Of a stretch of DNA of 40,796 bases, positions 10,271 through 23,661 are shown piece by piece. Every line of letters starts with the position of its first letter. Within the stretch, counting starts at the first letter, position 1. The stretch comes from Catajapyx aquilonaris (lineage: Eukaryota). Below the pieces are notes generated by a model. The model did not search any database and was not told the origin of the DNA. It saw only the letters and a list, made by a program, of their open reading frames with translations. Position numbers and translations under genes: made by a program. The DNA lies in the NCBI GenBank assembly GCA_000934665.2, contig JYFJ02003554.1:1-40796 (forward strand). The letters are read 5' to 3'.

Positions 10271-12700
10271 TGTTGCGCACGATCGAATTTATATTTCCAG
10301 ATTTGTGTAGCTTTACACTCTCTCTTTCTGCATTTCTCCGAGAGAAGGCTATCGCAATGGTAAGTAGAGCAACTACTGTAATAGCAAGGTAAATGAGGCT
10401 GAAAATATGAGTACAATGTTTATCTACAGTGTCAACACACTCGATTTTTGGCAAGTTTCGCTGCCTTGGCAGCGCCGAATCAAAACAATTAGGACAAGAT
10501 CTCAAAACCAGTATTATTTTGATGAGGACATAGCACGTAGACACATGCACCTTCCTCCATCTGTCGACCATTTTGAAATGAAGGTGATTTAAAAATTGTT
10601 AAATTTTTATTTTTATTTGATAATTAATAGGCCTAACACGAGTTAAATGGGGTAGAACTTGCAAGCACCTCGCATTTGCAACATATACTATACCTTGTAG
10701 GTGAATGGTTAGCGCCGTTTCTTAAAATATAAAGGAACCTATACAGGTTCGATGCTGATCCGGTGTCGTTATTTCTCTCAAATAAATAGCGATAACATCA
10801 GTTAGGGTGTACTCGTCGACTGCTTCATCACCATGATGTCATCTATGCAGATTGACTCCCCCTTTATCACGACGTTACTTTTCATAAAATCCGACAGATG
10901 GAGACTGACAGACATTTGCTTTTGCTTGGCTTTTGCTCATCAAAAACCTCTTTATTGGGCGTTTCACGGCCCTTTCCATTCTACGTATCTAAACCCAAGT
11001 TCTCTCAAAATTATCCTCGAGACTCTACAAGTGCGCCTGAGTGCATTGAATCAGCAGCTAAATTGTTAGGCCTACTGGTGAAAACATGAAGAGTGTTCTG
11101 GGGGTTGTAGCATGACATTCCCAATAAGGTATAAGATAAATTAACCAACTATGGGGAGTGGTAAGGGTGGGGGCAATGGGATGGTCACTTGCTGCCGGTT
11201 CAACTTTTTTGAAATTCAGTCGACCCCTTTAAATCACTATTTAATCTTAAATTTTCTACTGCACATTCCGTCAGAAAATGGGCGGGAAAATAGCCCGCCG
11301 TTTCTTAATGGGCAGTTTAACTGCGAATTATCTTATAGCTATGGGAACTTTTCAGTCCGTATCTTTATTAACAGTACCGGTATAAATTGCAAAAAATACA
11401 ATTAGCCGTGAACAGTACGGTGGAAGTCCCTATATTAAAAAGATGAAGGAAAAACCTCGGGAAAAACGTACTATAGTAGTAAATCGAACCAGTATACGTA
11501 AGTCATAAAGGAGCACTAGGAACTAGGTTATCTAAATACAGTTAATATCAACGTCGTGAAGGGCTATAGTCCGCCCACGCTAATAGATCAGGGGGTTAAT
11601 AAAGTCTCAGAGAGAAACACTCAGTGCTAAATCACAACGGGTTTATTTCCTATACCTCGACTCCAGATACTGACCAGATACAGAAACTACGACTGTGATC
11701 AGAATAAAATACAAGTTGGACAAAAAACTAAACGTCACCACGTCTGAAGTATTTTTCGAAGTTCTTCGTAAATACAAAATAATCCAGGTTATTATTTTGT
11801 GTACGCCTATCCTGCAAGTACGCACTACACGAGATGGTAAACGCTGGAGGATCATTCTAAAACTACATTCCAGCGTTCCTGTATCCGGGAAATGCTACAG
11901 TTTCATTTATAATTAAGTACACTTGATGTTACACAGCAAAACCGCTCGATGTAAAACAACCCACTGCATGAATTCAGCAGTTATTATAGCCTACTCGAAT
12001 GTGGTTGGAAGTTTGTCACTATAGCAACCCAGTTGGCCACATCATATCATCGGAATATACCTAGATTAGGCAGCATATCTTAACTTAGAGCCAAATCTTC
12101 GACTTCCTATAAGGTTGAAGGTCAAAATTCACACGGTGACACTTGGTGACACCTACAGAGTGGGGACTAGAATCAGACTACAAATGTCGATCTGCTGCTG
12201 CGAGATCTCCGCTCCACTGGTATATACAGAACTGTTTCTGAACACACGATGTCAAAAAACAATAGCTCTAATGGCGTGCGTAAACGAGATGTGGGTGTAT
12301 ACTGTATGTAGTGTACACTAGAAACAGTAAACAGGTCAACAAAATTCAATAACTTCGAAGTTATTGTTTGATGTGTGTGATGGTGCAGTGCTAACCATGG
12401 AGCACCTGCGCTCTGAAATTCGCGGATTATTATGGCTTGTTGACAGTTGGCATTACAGGGATTATAATTTTCCGTCATTTTAGATGCCCGACACTCGATC
12501 ATGTAATGGGCCTTACCTATAATGAGTGGTTATGCCATTGATTCTTCAATATTGATCAGCTGCATATGTGTATAACTTATGGAAAAGCACTATAATGCAG
12601 ATTGCGTTTCTGCATAATTTATATTTAAAAATACATTAAATTTGCTAACACACAGTAGTAGATCTGTCCCCCTTCTCCAATTCGTTCAAATAATTCTACC

Positions 12701-12755
12701 GCCATTTTTGAAACGCGCTAAAGGAACCCTTCCTTTAGCGGGTTTCAAAATTGGC
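12701..12755. repeat. Inverted repeat, 26-bp arms with 2 mismatches and a 3-nt loop
   Basis: GCCATTTTTGAAACGCGCTAAAGGAA ccc TTCCTTTAGCGGGTTTCAAAATTGGC. Confidence 0.85.
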
Positions 12756-13470
12756 GCAGGTTGTGCGTAGATACAAGTCGTTAAACATGATTTACAACAC
12801 CGCACCGGTGACGTAAGATTTTATGCTGCGTGCTAAACATTTTAAAGCACAATACAGCCTGCACATGTAACTGAAAGTACAACTTACAAGCGCTCAGTAG
12901 TCAGTATAGTGTAATTACATGACTATCACCGTACCGGTCATTTGTAGATATGTAGTCCAGTAACAGTACTGTTTGAAAGTTGCAATCCATAAATAATGTT
13001 CCAGAGAGTCATAGACAAAAGTATGAATGAAACACTTGTAGCACTCTGAGCATCAGTCATAGCCCACACATACGCGCAATTCATTCAGGAATAGTTGTCC
13101 AGTACTGTCCAACCACCTGGCATAGAGTTCCACCTCATAGCCTCACAAAATTCACTGGATAATCACTGTTTCTGGCAACTTTCCGCAAGAAATTAACTCA
13201 GTTGCCTAACGTCAGAAGCCATGTTGAATTCCACTCATTAGCACTGGGTAGTATTCAAATCGATACCATCTTCTCCCGCGCATATTTGAGTTATCATCCA
13301 ATTCAGAGAGGGTGCAAGTAAAGGAGGAAGGGAGAGAGGGGGGGGGATATTTGATAAGGGTAAAATGGCATTACTGTATATAAGTAATAACACACCCACT
13401 GCTGCATATCACGAAAAGAAAGGTTCGTACAATTAAAAATATAAAACCGCCGTGGTGTGTACAGGTCTTG

Positions 13471-13828
13471 CATTAGCTCAGGGGACGGAAGTTTGTGTGT
13501 TTTTGTGATTTTACTATAGCTGTGGGGACATGTGTCCCCACAATTTAATTGTGAGGACATTTTCAGGTCCCCACTAAAAAAACACGCGCTGTGTACTATT
13601 ACAGTGGGGACGTAAAAAATATAGTGGGGACATGTCCCCACTATTTTCATTCGTAGGGTTTCACAAAAGTCCATTTTTCTCAGCCTAGGTGAGTGAGGGT
13701 AGGGTAGTTTAGGTAGGGTAGGGTAGGGTAGGGTATGGTAGGTTAGGTTAGGGTATGGTAGGCTAGGTTAGGTTAGGTTAGTTTACACTAGCTTCGAAAA
13801 GTTGAATTATCCCGTCCCCACAGCTAAT
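13471..13828. mobile_element. Non-autonomous inverted-repeat DNA element with reiterated GTGGGGAC/GTCCCCAC motifs and an internal (GGGTA/GGTTA)n pentamer tract
   Basis: ATTAGCTCAGGGGACGG (13472-13488) pairs with CCGTCCCCACAGCTAAT (13812-13828). Several internal GTGGGGAC motifs occur in both orientations. Pentamer tract at about 13696-13785. Confidence 0.7.
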
Positions 13829-15543
13829 TCAGAACAGAACTGTGTGTGGGGGGGGGGGGGGGATACACAGAATAATAACTTTAAAGCTTATGCTTTAGAG
13901 CCGTGTCGGAAAACATCTTTCATCTAAGAATGGCAAATTCTTTTCTTGACTAATAATGAGATCAAAAAATGCTTCTGCAGTAATTATTCATCAATTAAGG
14001 GTAATCTTCTTACCGCTTATTTGCTCCCCAGGTTTTTGCTGCTAAGTGAACTCCTTAAATCAAACAAACAGAATAATACCTCTACGAAACAACATTCAAA
14101 ATTATATTGCAACTTTAAGGCATTCAGAAATAAAATGAAAACTACATTATTTTACCTTTGAATTCTCACTCACTGATATTGTTTTATATTACATCAGAGG
14201 TTTATTTTTCTTCAATATTAGTTTTAGGACCATAAATCAAGTACACATAGTAGTAGCATCGTAATATTGTGTTCTCCAGCCGCTAATCATGCAAATTCTG
14301 CTCTTACAGTCTCAAGAAAAATGCCCTTCTCTCAACTCCAACACTCCCAAACATCAAACGGTTAACATCTACGGTACTTCTACTATAACACGCAGCATAC
14401 CGCGTCATAAAGTTATTGCATATACAGTACTGTACGTACTGTATAGGCCTACATGTGGAAATCAAACTATCGATTGCCACTTCGCTATTTTCGGCGAAAC
14501 AATATTTTATACACTGAATTTGCATTACTTGACTAAGAAGTACGTTTTGTTACAGATAATAATTTTTGTCATACGTAAAGTGGCACGTGTTAAGTCTGCA
14601 TTATCTCGTCTTATCATGTCTGACTACAGATAGTGGTTTCATGAAGCTCATCCCACATTACGACTGAAGGTTGGTGTAATATTTATACTAATTTTTTTTT
14701 CCAAAAATCTTAGTATATAAATATTTATCACTCTAATTTGTTGTGATTACCGACTCACGAGGTGAAGGTTTGTTTTTATCCTTCAAGATTATCTCCGCCT
14801 CTTGCGACACTTGCTCTTTCCCGAGGCACTGTCGGTATTTATACTGGTGAGTAGGTTCCATTGACGACCTTCAGTGCGGAGAATTCCAGTTTCCAACAGG
14901 AGATGAGTTTCCCGGCCCATCACACGTCCACATTTTCTTCGCCCCATAAAATAAATTGCAATTCCAGGTCACGTGATAGATCACATGGCCTGTTACATCA
15001 CAGATTATGAGAGGATTATCATACTTTATGACAAGAATTCCTGACATATCATATAATCACTAGCTTGCTGTCTGATAAAATTATGGTGTGGTATAATATA
15101 TGCATGCGGTATATTTTTTAAATATTAATAAGCCTGGTGCATGTTATGCTGCACCTTAGCAAACACTGCAGGCTATTATTAGAAGTCGCAGTCCGACTTT
15201 GCTTCTGCATTAAATAGTGTACTGTACAAAACAGACTAATAGCAATATTTGAAAGAAGTTTTCTGATAGCCCTGATGAATGATGATATTGGTTCTGAACG
15301 TTATACAGGTATAATATAAATGCAATTCTATCATAATGCCATGCAACTGCACGTATAGTCTGGATAACATACACAGAATATGGTCGTATAAAGTGGTCTG
15401 AATGCCTTGAAAATTAATAAAAAGGTGCGGGGAGGGGGGGGGGGGACTTGTATTCTACTGTTCTTCAAAGGCATGAACAGGAACTACACTTACAAGAATA
15501 TACCGATTTTATTTAATATTTACTCAAATATTACAAAGAATTA

Positions 15544-18219
15544 TCACAAGTCTTGATCTGGACCGCTTTTTTGAGCATTTCCGTTAGTTTCTAACATAGC
15601 CAGGGCTTCAGGTTCTTCCGTCGCCGCTTTCGGTGGCACTGGTGGATCTTCCTTCGCCCAAGGTTGTAGTTTAGAACTTCCAAAGAACAGATAAATTGCA
15701 GCGGCCAAGAAATAGGATGCAGCAGCCAGATAAAAAACGTTTGTCCACTCTTCTCTTGACCCCTGCAAAAAAAGAGGCATCGTTATAGGCATTGTTCCTC
15801 ACAAACTATGTCCACAGATTTACCAGTGGTGTCATAGCTGCAATAGCCGCGGGACACAAGAAGCCTGTAGCCACACTGATGGAATTGGCGATCCCGATCA
15901 GGAGTCCAGACAAACGGGGGGCAATATCGATAATACTGAAAAAGTATCCTCCCATGAATGCAAATTCAGCCATGATCTGCCCTACGGCGATGATTGCCAC
16001 GGCCCAGTATTTTTGGTGGCAAGTCAAAAAGGCGATGATGATCAAGGTGGCTCCGGGAATCACCAATCCTGAACATAAAAAGACCCTTCTGAGATATTCC
16101 ATTTGATAGGTTCAACCCAGAATAGCTTACCGATAGTGTTGAATATTTTTCTGAGTACGGTCAGGCTACATAAATTCTTGCCTCTCATCAAGTCAAAAAG
16201 TTTGGCTGCAAACAGATGAGATATTAGAGTTCCCATATATGGGACGCCCGATAAAATTCCATTTTGGTTAATATCGAGGTACAGAGCCTCTTTCATGAAC
16301 ATTGGAAGGTTTAGCTGGAGCGTGTGGAATCCCCATCGAAGGCAGAGATGGGTCCAAACAAATGCATGGATTGGAACCGATTTTAGTATAGCCATCCAAG
16401 GCACACGGTGATCCTGAAACGTGTAGATTATATTGTTAGCGACTAAATAGTAGGAGTGTCACTAATTACATGCCTTTTTCTTGTAGTCTTCTCCTTTAAT
16501 TGCACTAACGTAATGCAAGTACTGTAGTTCCTCCTTTGATATTCTAGGATGTTGTTCAGGCGAATCGTAGATCATAAACCAGGTCATTACGCACTGTAAT
16601 ATGCCCGAGATACCTGCAAATACCAATTCATTATTTCAATAGTGCATAAGTATACTCACAATATGTCAGTGGCAAAACAGAAAATTACCCAGAACATAAA
16701 ATACGGACGGCCATCCTCCGGCGAACCCATACTGGCATAGAAACCCCGCCATCGGGTATATAACTGCACTAGCAACGTTGAAACCAGCATATGCAATAGC
16801 GAACAGGAACGCTCTTTCGTTAGGTCCAGTCCATCGGCTAAATAGTACCATAATAGTCGGGTGTGTAAATCCCTGTGCACATCCCTGAAGAACTCGCAGA
16901 GCGAATAAGAAAGTTGGGCTGAATCTGGCCGCTTCTGGGGTGGCCATAGCCATCAGGTTGCCCAGAAAGGTCCCCATGATAAGGATGGATTTGCCACCAA
17001 CACGATCACTCAACCATCCGCCTATCACCTGGGTTACCATGTAGCCATAGAAGAAAGCTCCAAGGAGATGACCCTGCAGTTCTTTGCTCCATTCGAACTC
17101 GCCGGATTCCTCGATGTCCCACACTTCTGAGTCGTTCTGTCGAATTTTGCTTATAGGTCGGCATGGGTCCGTTTCAGGAAGGTTGTCAGTCAGGTTAGAG
17201 CCGGTGACATTGATCAAAATATGTTCCAACCTGGGGTTTTTGACCATGCAAACGATGGCAAAACTTAGGTTTAACCTGGTGGCTATCATGTTGAAGGTGG
17301 CGAAGAAGCACAATATGGCTAAGTTCAGCCGACATGATAGGAGTAGTGGTGGTCCTGAAAATGATAAGAATAATCATTATATGAAGTCGGCTTCGTGTTC
17401 GGTATATTACGTTAACACTTATCACTATATGAGAAGTCCTACTTACTAAAATTAGGAGTAACGCTAACGCGTTCGAGCAGGAGTGGGGCTTTAATTTGTC
17501 CTAATTTCACGGCCTTTTAGGCCAGATATATGTATAACATACAGTAGCACACGTTCACAGTGGAGCGTGGTTAGCTGTCCTCACCTCCAAAGCCATGGAA
17601 TTGAAATTCCCCAGTCTGGAAGGCTTGCGGAAAGGTCTCTGATGAGAATTAATTTTTTTTTGAGCACTTCCAGTTCTTCCTTAATTATTGCTCAATTATT
17701 ACTTTTAACTTGTCAACGCATTTTAAGTATCCAAATTAGAGAGTTGCTAATTAGTACAAGAAGCATGGTTGGTTCAGAGCGTGTCATAACTATTTGACCA
17801 GTATCCTGCAGCGTATGATTCCTATTGTAGTAGTACAATATTGTACCGCTATTGTACAGTTATGTCTTATGTATCTATGCAGTGTACTGCCGGTATGTTT
17901 ATCCAATATAATTAGTGGATTTCTCACACCATCTATGGCCAGAGTTAGTTTTACACTGCAGTGTGAACCCCATTCGTTATTGACCTTTTAATCGTTCATG
18001 ACACCAAGTGTCGTATTGATGGAGCGTCTCTCCTTGAAGGCTTATTTCAGTTTGTCATTGAATATTTCTGGTCACAAAAATGTGACCACGGCAATTTATA
18101 ATTCGACAATGTAAATCCAAAATTAACTTACTAGGAGGAGGTTCATCTTCTTCTTTTTCTACATCCTTCAATTTGCTCTCCACCTCTTCCTCCTCTTCGC
18201 GTGACGTGTGCTCTGTCAT
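15544..18219 (-). CDS. SLC17 family (sialin-like) MFS anion transporter, paralogue B; coding exons 18219-18132, 17354-16689, 16613-16474, 16413-16131, 16068-15824, 15762-15544 (546 aa)
   Basis: Same SLC17 motifs as paralogue A and identical internal exon sizes (140, 283, 245 nt). Phases are consistent. Intron 16473-16414 has a GC donor. AATAAA on the minus strand at 15508-15513. Confidence 0.93.
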
Positions 18220-20406
18220 GATACACCTTTTGGAATGCACGCACTTTTATACTTCTATGGTGGATCGTTTGAATATCACTGTTGGCCTTCAAAGCAGCTT
18301 GGATTGGCTTTCAACCCAAACGTATTCAGTTAACTATGTCTTTGTTATGAACAGTGGCCCATTGTTACAGGGCTCGCTTCTAATTTCGAATAATTCACAC
18401 GTGCTCTGCATGAACCCCTTGAACTAACTGCACACACAGAGATGAATGGGAACCTCTCTTCCTACAAAATTCGACTCAGTTTTGCCCGAGAATTGTAACC
18501 TTGGCTTTCAGAACTGTGGGGGAAAAAAAAAGTTGCGTTACGTCACTTGGTAAGCTGCCAGTCCGGTTGCGAATTTTTTTCCTCGCCCAATGGGTCACCG
18601 AGCATTATTAATGAGCAAAAATTATTTAATGCTAATATATGTCGAGGACAATTTTTTTGTCAATACCGGTATGTGCTATATATTATGATAATTTACAATC
18701 CCGGTGTTGTGGATTAATGCGGCGTTTTATTTAAAATTAACTTCGTAAGTTCAAGACAGAGTTATCGATATTCCATAAAGCATAAACTGGTTTGGGGATG
18801 AAGATATTTACTTTCCGTCATTATTGCTTTGCCATTCGGCACACTGACAACTGCATTTGCATAATGTTTATTGCGCATTTTATGTTCATGCACTATTGTT
18901 ATTAGCTTTCTTAGTTCATATAGATAGACTATAACCCAGTAGAGTTTTAGAATGTAAAGACAATGTACTTGTAAAATGAATTAAACTGACTCATACTTGC
19001 TCTACATAGCCTACAAAGCACTGCTTGTACACAAAAATACATCGGACACCTTCTGCAGTAGTGTGGTATCATTTACAATGCAACGATTTAATTTTAACAT
19101 CATTAAATATGCCTACATAACAACTAAGCAAGTCCCAGAAAGTAGGACACCTTTTTGTCTTATAAATAATGAGCACACTCCTATTTTTCACTTCAAAAAA
19201 TATTTTAAAATTTGTATTATCCACCAGTACTGTCCAACATGAAACAAAATTCCTATAACTCACACAATTTAATAAAACTGCACATATCGGCATTCAACCC
19301 CATCCTCTCTGAGAGCAGCGAAGATTAATATTTAACCACACCTTATTTCCTCGCCTTCTCTTCTACGCTGCACTCTAATTACGTTAATAAAGCAGGGCTC
19401 CAATTTTCTCACCTCTTGCCCCGGGTATTAATTTCGGCGCCTAGGTAGACACATAATAACGACATAAATCACAACGCCAGTGATCCATTTCCCCCAGCAT
19501 GCTTCCGGTAGCTAGAGATTTACATCAAAAACTATTTATCCGCATTATTATGACTCTTATACAGATGGCCCCGCCGCCAGAGAGTTATGTGACTCGCACC
19601 GACTTGACCACCGTAGTTCATGATTTCCATAATGGCCAGTTGTCAGGCTGATGGCTACAATAACGAGGCTTTGCATTGTAATCTAGCTTGTGGAAGGTAA
19701 TTCATCCGGACATTGATATTAGTCCGGATCATCAATCAGTCCGTGGGGCTTGGAACGTGGTTTTAGCTGCTGCCTATGGCCGGGTTTTTTTTTATATAGT
19801 AAACGTGTAATAGTTTAGGGATAGTCCGGGAGACGGGGACACTGAGAAGACATACTGGTTTAGAGGATCTGTCAGGGGCGAACTCTAGGGATAAGGGATG
19901 CTAACAGAGGTATCGATTCTGGTTAGTAGTCATGCGTAGAATGTGTAAGGCAGCATCTTTTTGCCGTCTTTTTGGGCTTGTAAAAACGAAGCTGGGGGAA
20001 TAACATGACGGGCAGTGACTTTTCATTACGAGGAAACTCTGGGGAATAATGACAATGCTTGAATTGTACTTGTACGTTGCGGCGTTCATTATGCAAATTA
20101 CTGTTCACATGGAAATTCAAATTCAAATATTCTTATGTTACTACATAATTCACTAAGTCTTACATTTAACAGAAAAATAAATTAAATTGACGAACTGCAA
20201 TTTTTTGTTCAAATTGTTCATGACAGTTGATTTTGCCATATAAGTAACCAGTGGATAACGAATTTTCTGCAGTCATCATCAGCCGGACAAATTGAGCAAT
20301 TCCCTGCATCAAACCATTATTTAAATTAGCAGCGTAACCATCAGTAGTATGTGATGATCCTAGTGGAATAAGGTAAAAAGCCAGTGTGGCTAGATAGTGG
20401 GGCAGC

Positions 20407-20427
20407 CTCTCTCTCTCTCTCTCTCTC
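20407..20427. repeat. (CT)n microsatellite
   Basis: Read directly. Confidence 0.9.
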
Positions 20428-23400
20428 CCATGAGTAGAGGCATCAAGCAACTTGACATTTTCGTGTCACTCATATACCATGCCACCTTACACGCCGTATC
20501 TATCCTACTGTAAGTGACAGAAATTAGCAATGTAAATTTCCTTAGGGGCCACAGGCTACAGGAATGGCGGTGTCCAATTCTTCACCCTGTACTGTGTGCC
20601 TCTCATATTGATCTATTCTATTTCCTACAAAATACCGTCGACACCGGTTTTAATTCAGAACCTAAAATAGTCCCATGCATTTTGAAAACTGGGATATGAT
20701 GAGCCGATTTCCTAACATTTCACCTACCTAGAATCGATTTCCAGTCACAAGTGGCAAGCAAGCAAGGGGGATGCTGGGAGCGCAGCATCCGAATTTGGAG
20801 CCTCGTTTACAATTGCAAACTTCGCTTAAATAGAGCCAGGCTTCAGTTTCCATCCACGGAATCGCATTCTCTCGTTCGGTTCCTCATCTATTGCAATTCT
20901 CCCAGCCGGAAATGAGGACGCAAATGTTGGTTTTTAATTGATTCTGGAAACTCCCTTTATTGATTCTTCGGGCTGGGAAGCAATTTCGACCAAAATTGGG
21001 TTCTCCAAAATCTGGTTCTACAGATTCATTCAATATATAGCCTACCAAATGAAATGTCATGGTTACACATTGGTTTAGTACAGTTTCTCAGGAACTTGTT
21101 GGTCAACGGTTTCATATATTCTAATAAATTTTGGTGTACAAAAAGGCTCCAAAAATACATGTCTGAAATACATGTTTATATTTCTGATATTTTTGATATT
21201 ACAATTTTTGTTTTCTTGCCCACCTCCTTGTAAATGCATATCCTGCTAGTTATGGTACCCTATGATCACCCGCGGTATAGTACGCGAATGCAATGAGCAG
21301 GATATTTCATATCATTCGCGTAGGTATCAAGGGAAAACTGGAATGCGATTATCTCGGTATTATGGATGAAATCCTCGTAATCAACTTGAGCAATTTTGTA
21401 TTAGAAATTCAATCCCTCAATCCGAGAGGACGGGGGCGGCGTCTTTTTGATCAATGCAGAGAGCAGAGTATATATTCTTTTAATGGTCGTGAAGAATCAG
21501 GTGAGTGAATAAAATGGTCCTGAAAAGTATGATAAAATCTATCCGCGGTATAATGTGGGAACAGATGATATGCCAGTATTTTTTGGTGAAAACACACCAG
21601 AAACATATGTATGATTAATTTTGCCTAGGTTAATTTGCACCTGCCATATTTTTTCAATAATTGAAATATCAAATGTACTGCATTTCATTCTGCATGTTTT
21701 GACACCATCTTTTTCAGTAAATCAACAGCCGCACTACGTTTAGTCATCGATTCAAATTAATTTTTAAAGCCCTTTAAATTTAAAATGTCTCGATCATTTA
21801 AGCAACCATTTAAATAGTTTCACCTAACCAGCCCATTGCGCATTGAGCTGAGCAAGTTTGACAACTGCATACAAAACGATGACACACTTTTGACACATAA
21901 TTATATGTCAATGTCACACAAAATGTCAGCCAATCTTGCCAACGCGTTTACTGTCAAATGCAAATGAAAGGCTGACACTCACATATATACCTGTACAGTA
22001 TGTCATTTGCGGTTTTCTACGGCAGAATGTGTCTTTCAACATGTATAATTGAGATGACACATTTTGCATTGCCGATTTTGGCAAAAAAGTACGCATTTCG
22101 AAATTGTGTGAAACCAGCATCTCTGTGTACTGTACTGCATAGGCAAGCCGTATAAAACTCTCTTGCTGGCTATACATACCCCGGAATTAGAATGCCCTTA
22201 TGGCAGTCCGGAGGCCACACCAGCAGATCCGGATTGATTGCACCAGGAGGATTAAGTTTGGAAACGGCACAAGCAAAAGGGACTAGCGCAAACTTTACCT
22301 CTTATCTCCCACGATTTGCAGGGCCCAAATTACATTTCCTAATAATTACCTATTTGTAATTACAAGCCGTGGAATTTGGGAGCCTGAGGCCCGACTTTCT
22401 TCTCATGGCATGTCGTCAAAGGACGGTGTTGTATTCGTCACGCACACCCGAAATTGCTAATTTCACAGCGACGTTATTACATAAAGTGCAATTAGGAACG
22501 ACGATGTCCCGGACTAAATTTGGCTGCACAAATATTTTAAACCGCATGCATAAGGTAATACTAGTGTGATCCCACACATCATGTTGTTTACATGTCCATG
22601 TCACGTATATGACTCGACTAAATTACAATGATCGTGGATTGAAGGGGATGAGAATAAGGCAGCCTGAGGGGGTCGAAAAGGGTTGGCTGGTGGTTAGGGG
22701 TTATCCCTAGGTAACTTTCCATAATAAATTGATCCAGACTGCTCTTCTCCAACCCTCTCGTTTTCGACGCTCAGTTGGGAGGTTTAGGTAATTAAACCTT
22801 CATGCATTACTCCCATGGTTGGCTTATCTCTTATTCATCAACGAAAGTCATGCAATTCGTAGAACAGAGAGGTATAGCACCTGTTCGCTCATTGCTGATA
22901 AACTAAATACATTGTCATATTTGAAGCGTAAGTGCGAAAATACCTGTTGCGCTCATTTTTCCATGAATATTGAGGCAATTTTTTGTGCTTCCACAAGCGT
23001 AAAAAAAACTCGTTAATCAACACTTTCATTTCAGAATCATTAGCTACAGCGGAAGGAAATGAATATTGCTCAGTCAATCATTTCCAGCTCGGCAATAATT
23101 TAATGTCACATTAGCACATTTTCTATTTTTTACCCCCCTCATCCCCCCCTGACATTTCTGCCCAGTAAGAGATGATCTCATCCGGAAAACGAGCCCCGCT
23201 GGCCGAGTGTGTATATAAATGAAGCCTGTAATATCATGAGCAACCCGGCTGGATTAGTGTGGTCTTTGCGGCTTAGGCTTAGTGGAGAGATTTGGCGCCA
23301 AAACGAGCCAGCTTTACATGTTGTATACTACGTCAAGCACTTTAATGTCGAATCATAAGTGTTTACAAATCAAGTTGAAGGCAAAACAATGGAGGGTTGT

Positions 23401-23539
23401 TGCGGAACAGCATATAACTCTTGCTTATGGGCACACCTTATAACATAGTTGGGTATCCACATATTGACGTAGGAGGGTGAAAAGTGCTAGCAGGATTGCC
23501 AATAAAAAGGACATGGGGAATGGTGTGTAAGGGAGGGTT

Positions 23540-23661
23540 GATTCCGCCTGCGCGCGTTTGGTTGAAAGTGTCGGTTGGAATTCGAAGAGAAGAGACGTCC
23601 GTGGCTAGTCCACGCCAGGCGTCGCTGGCGTCGGTCCGGACACGGACGGATAAGTCACTAG
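23540..23661 (+). promoter_or_regulatory. CpG-rich segment, candidate promoter / non-coding first exon of CNRIP1
   Basis: Locally GC- and CpG-rich patch about 500 bp upstream of the CNRIP1 ATG, ending in a possible donor CTAG|gttcgt. Inference only. Confidence 0.35.

Noticed and set aside
11643..11916. GPCR-like or membrane protein fragment
   Set aside because: Short hydrophobic ORFs with no family motif or supporting splice structure.
12915..13316. Selenoprotein or mitochondrial-code (TGA recoding) gene
   Set aside because: There is also an in-frame TAG, no recognisable SECIS, and no resemblance to mitochondrial proteins.
13696..13785. True telomere or chromosome fusion site
   Set aside because: Short, mixed pentamers enclosed within an inverted-repeat element.
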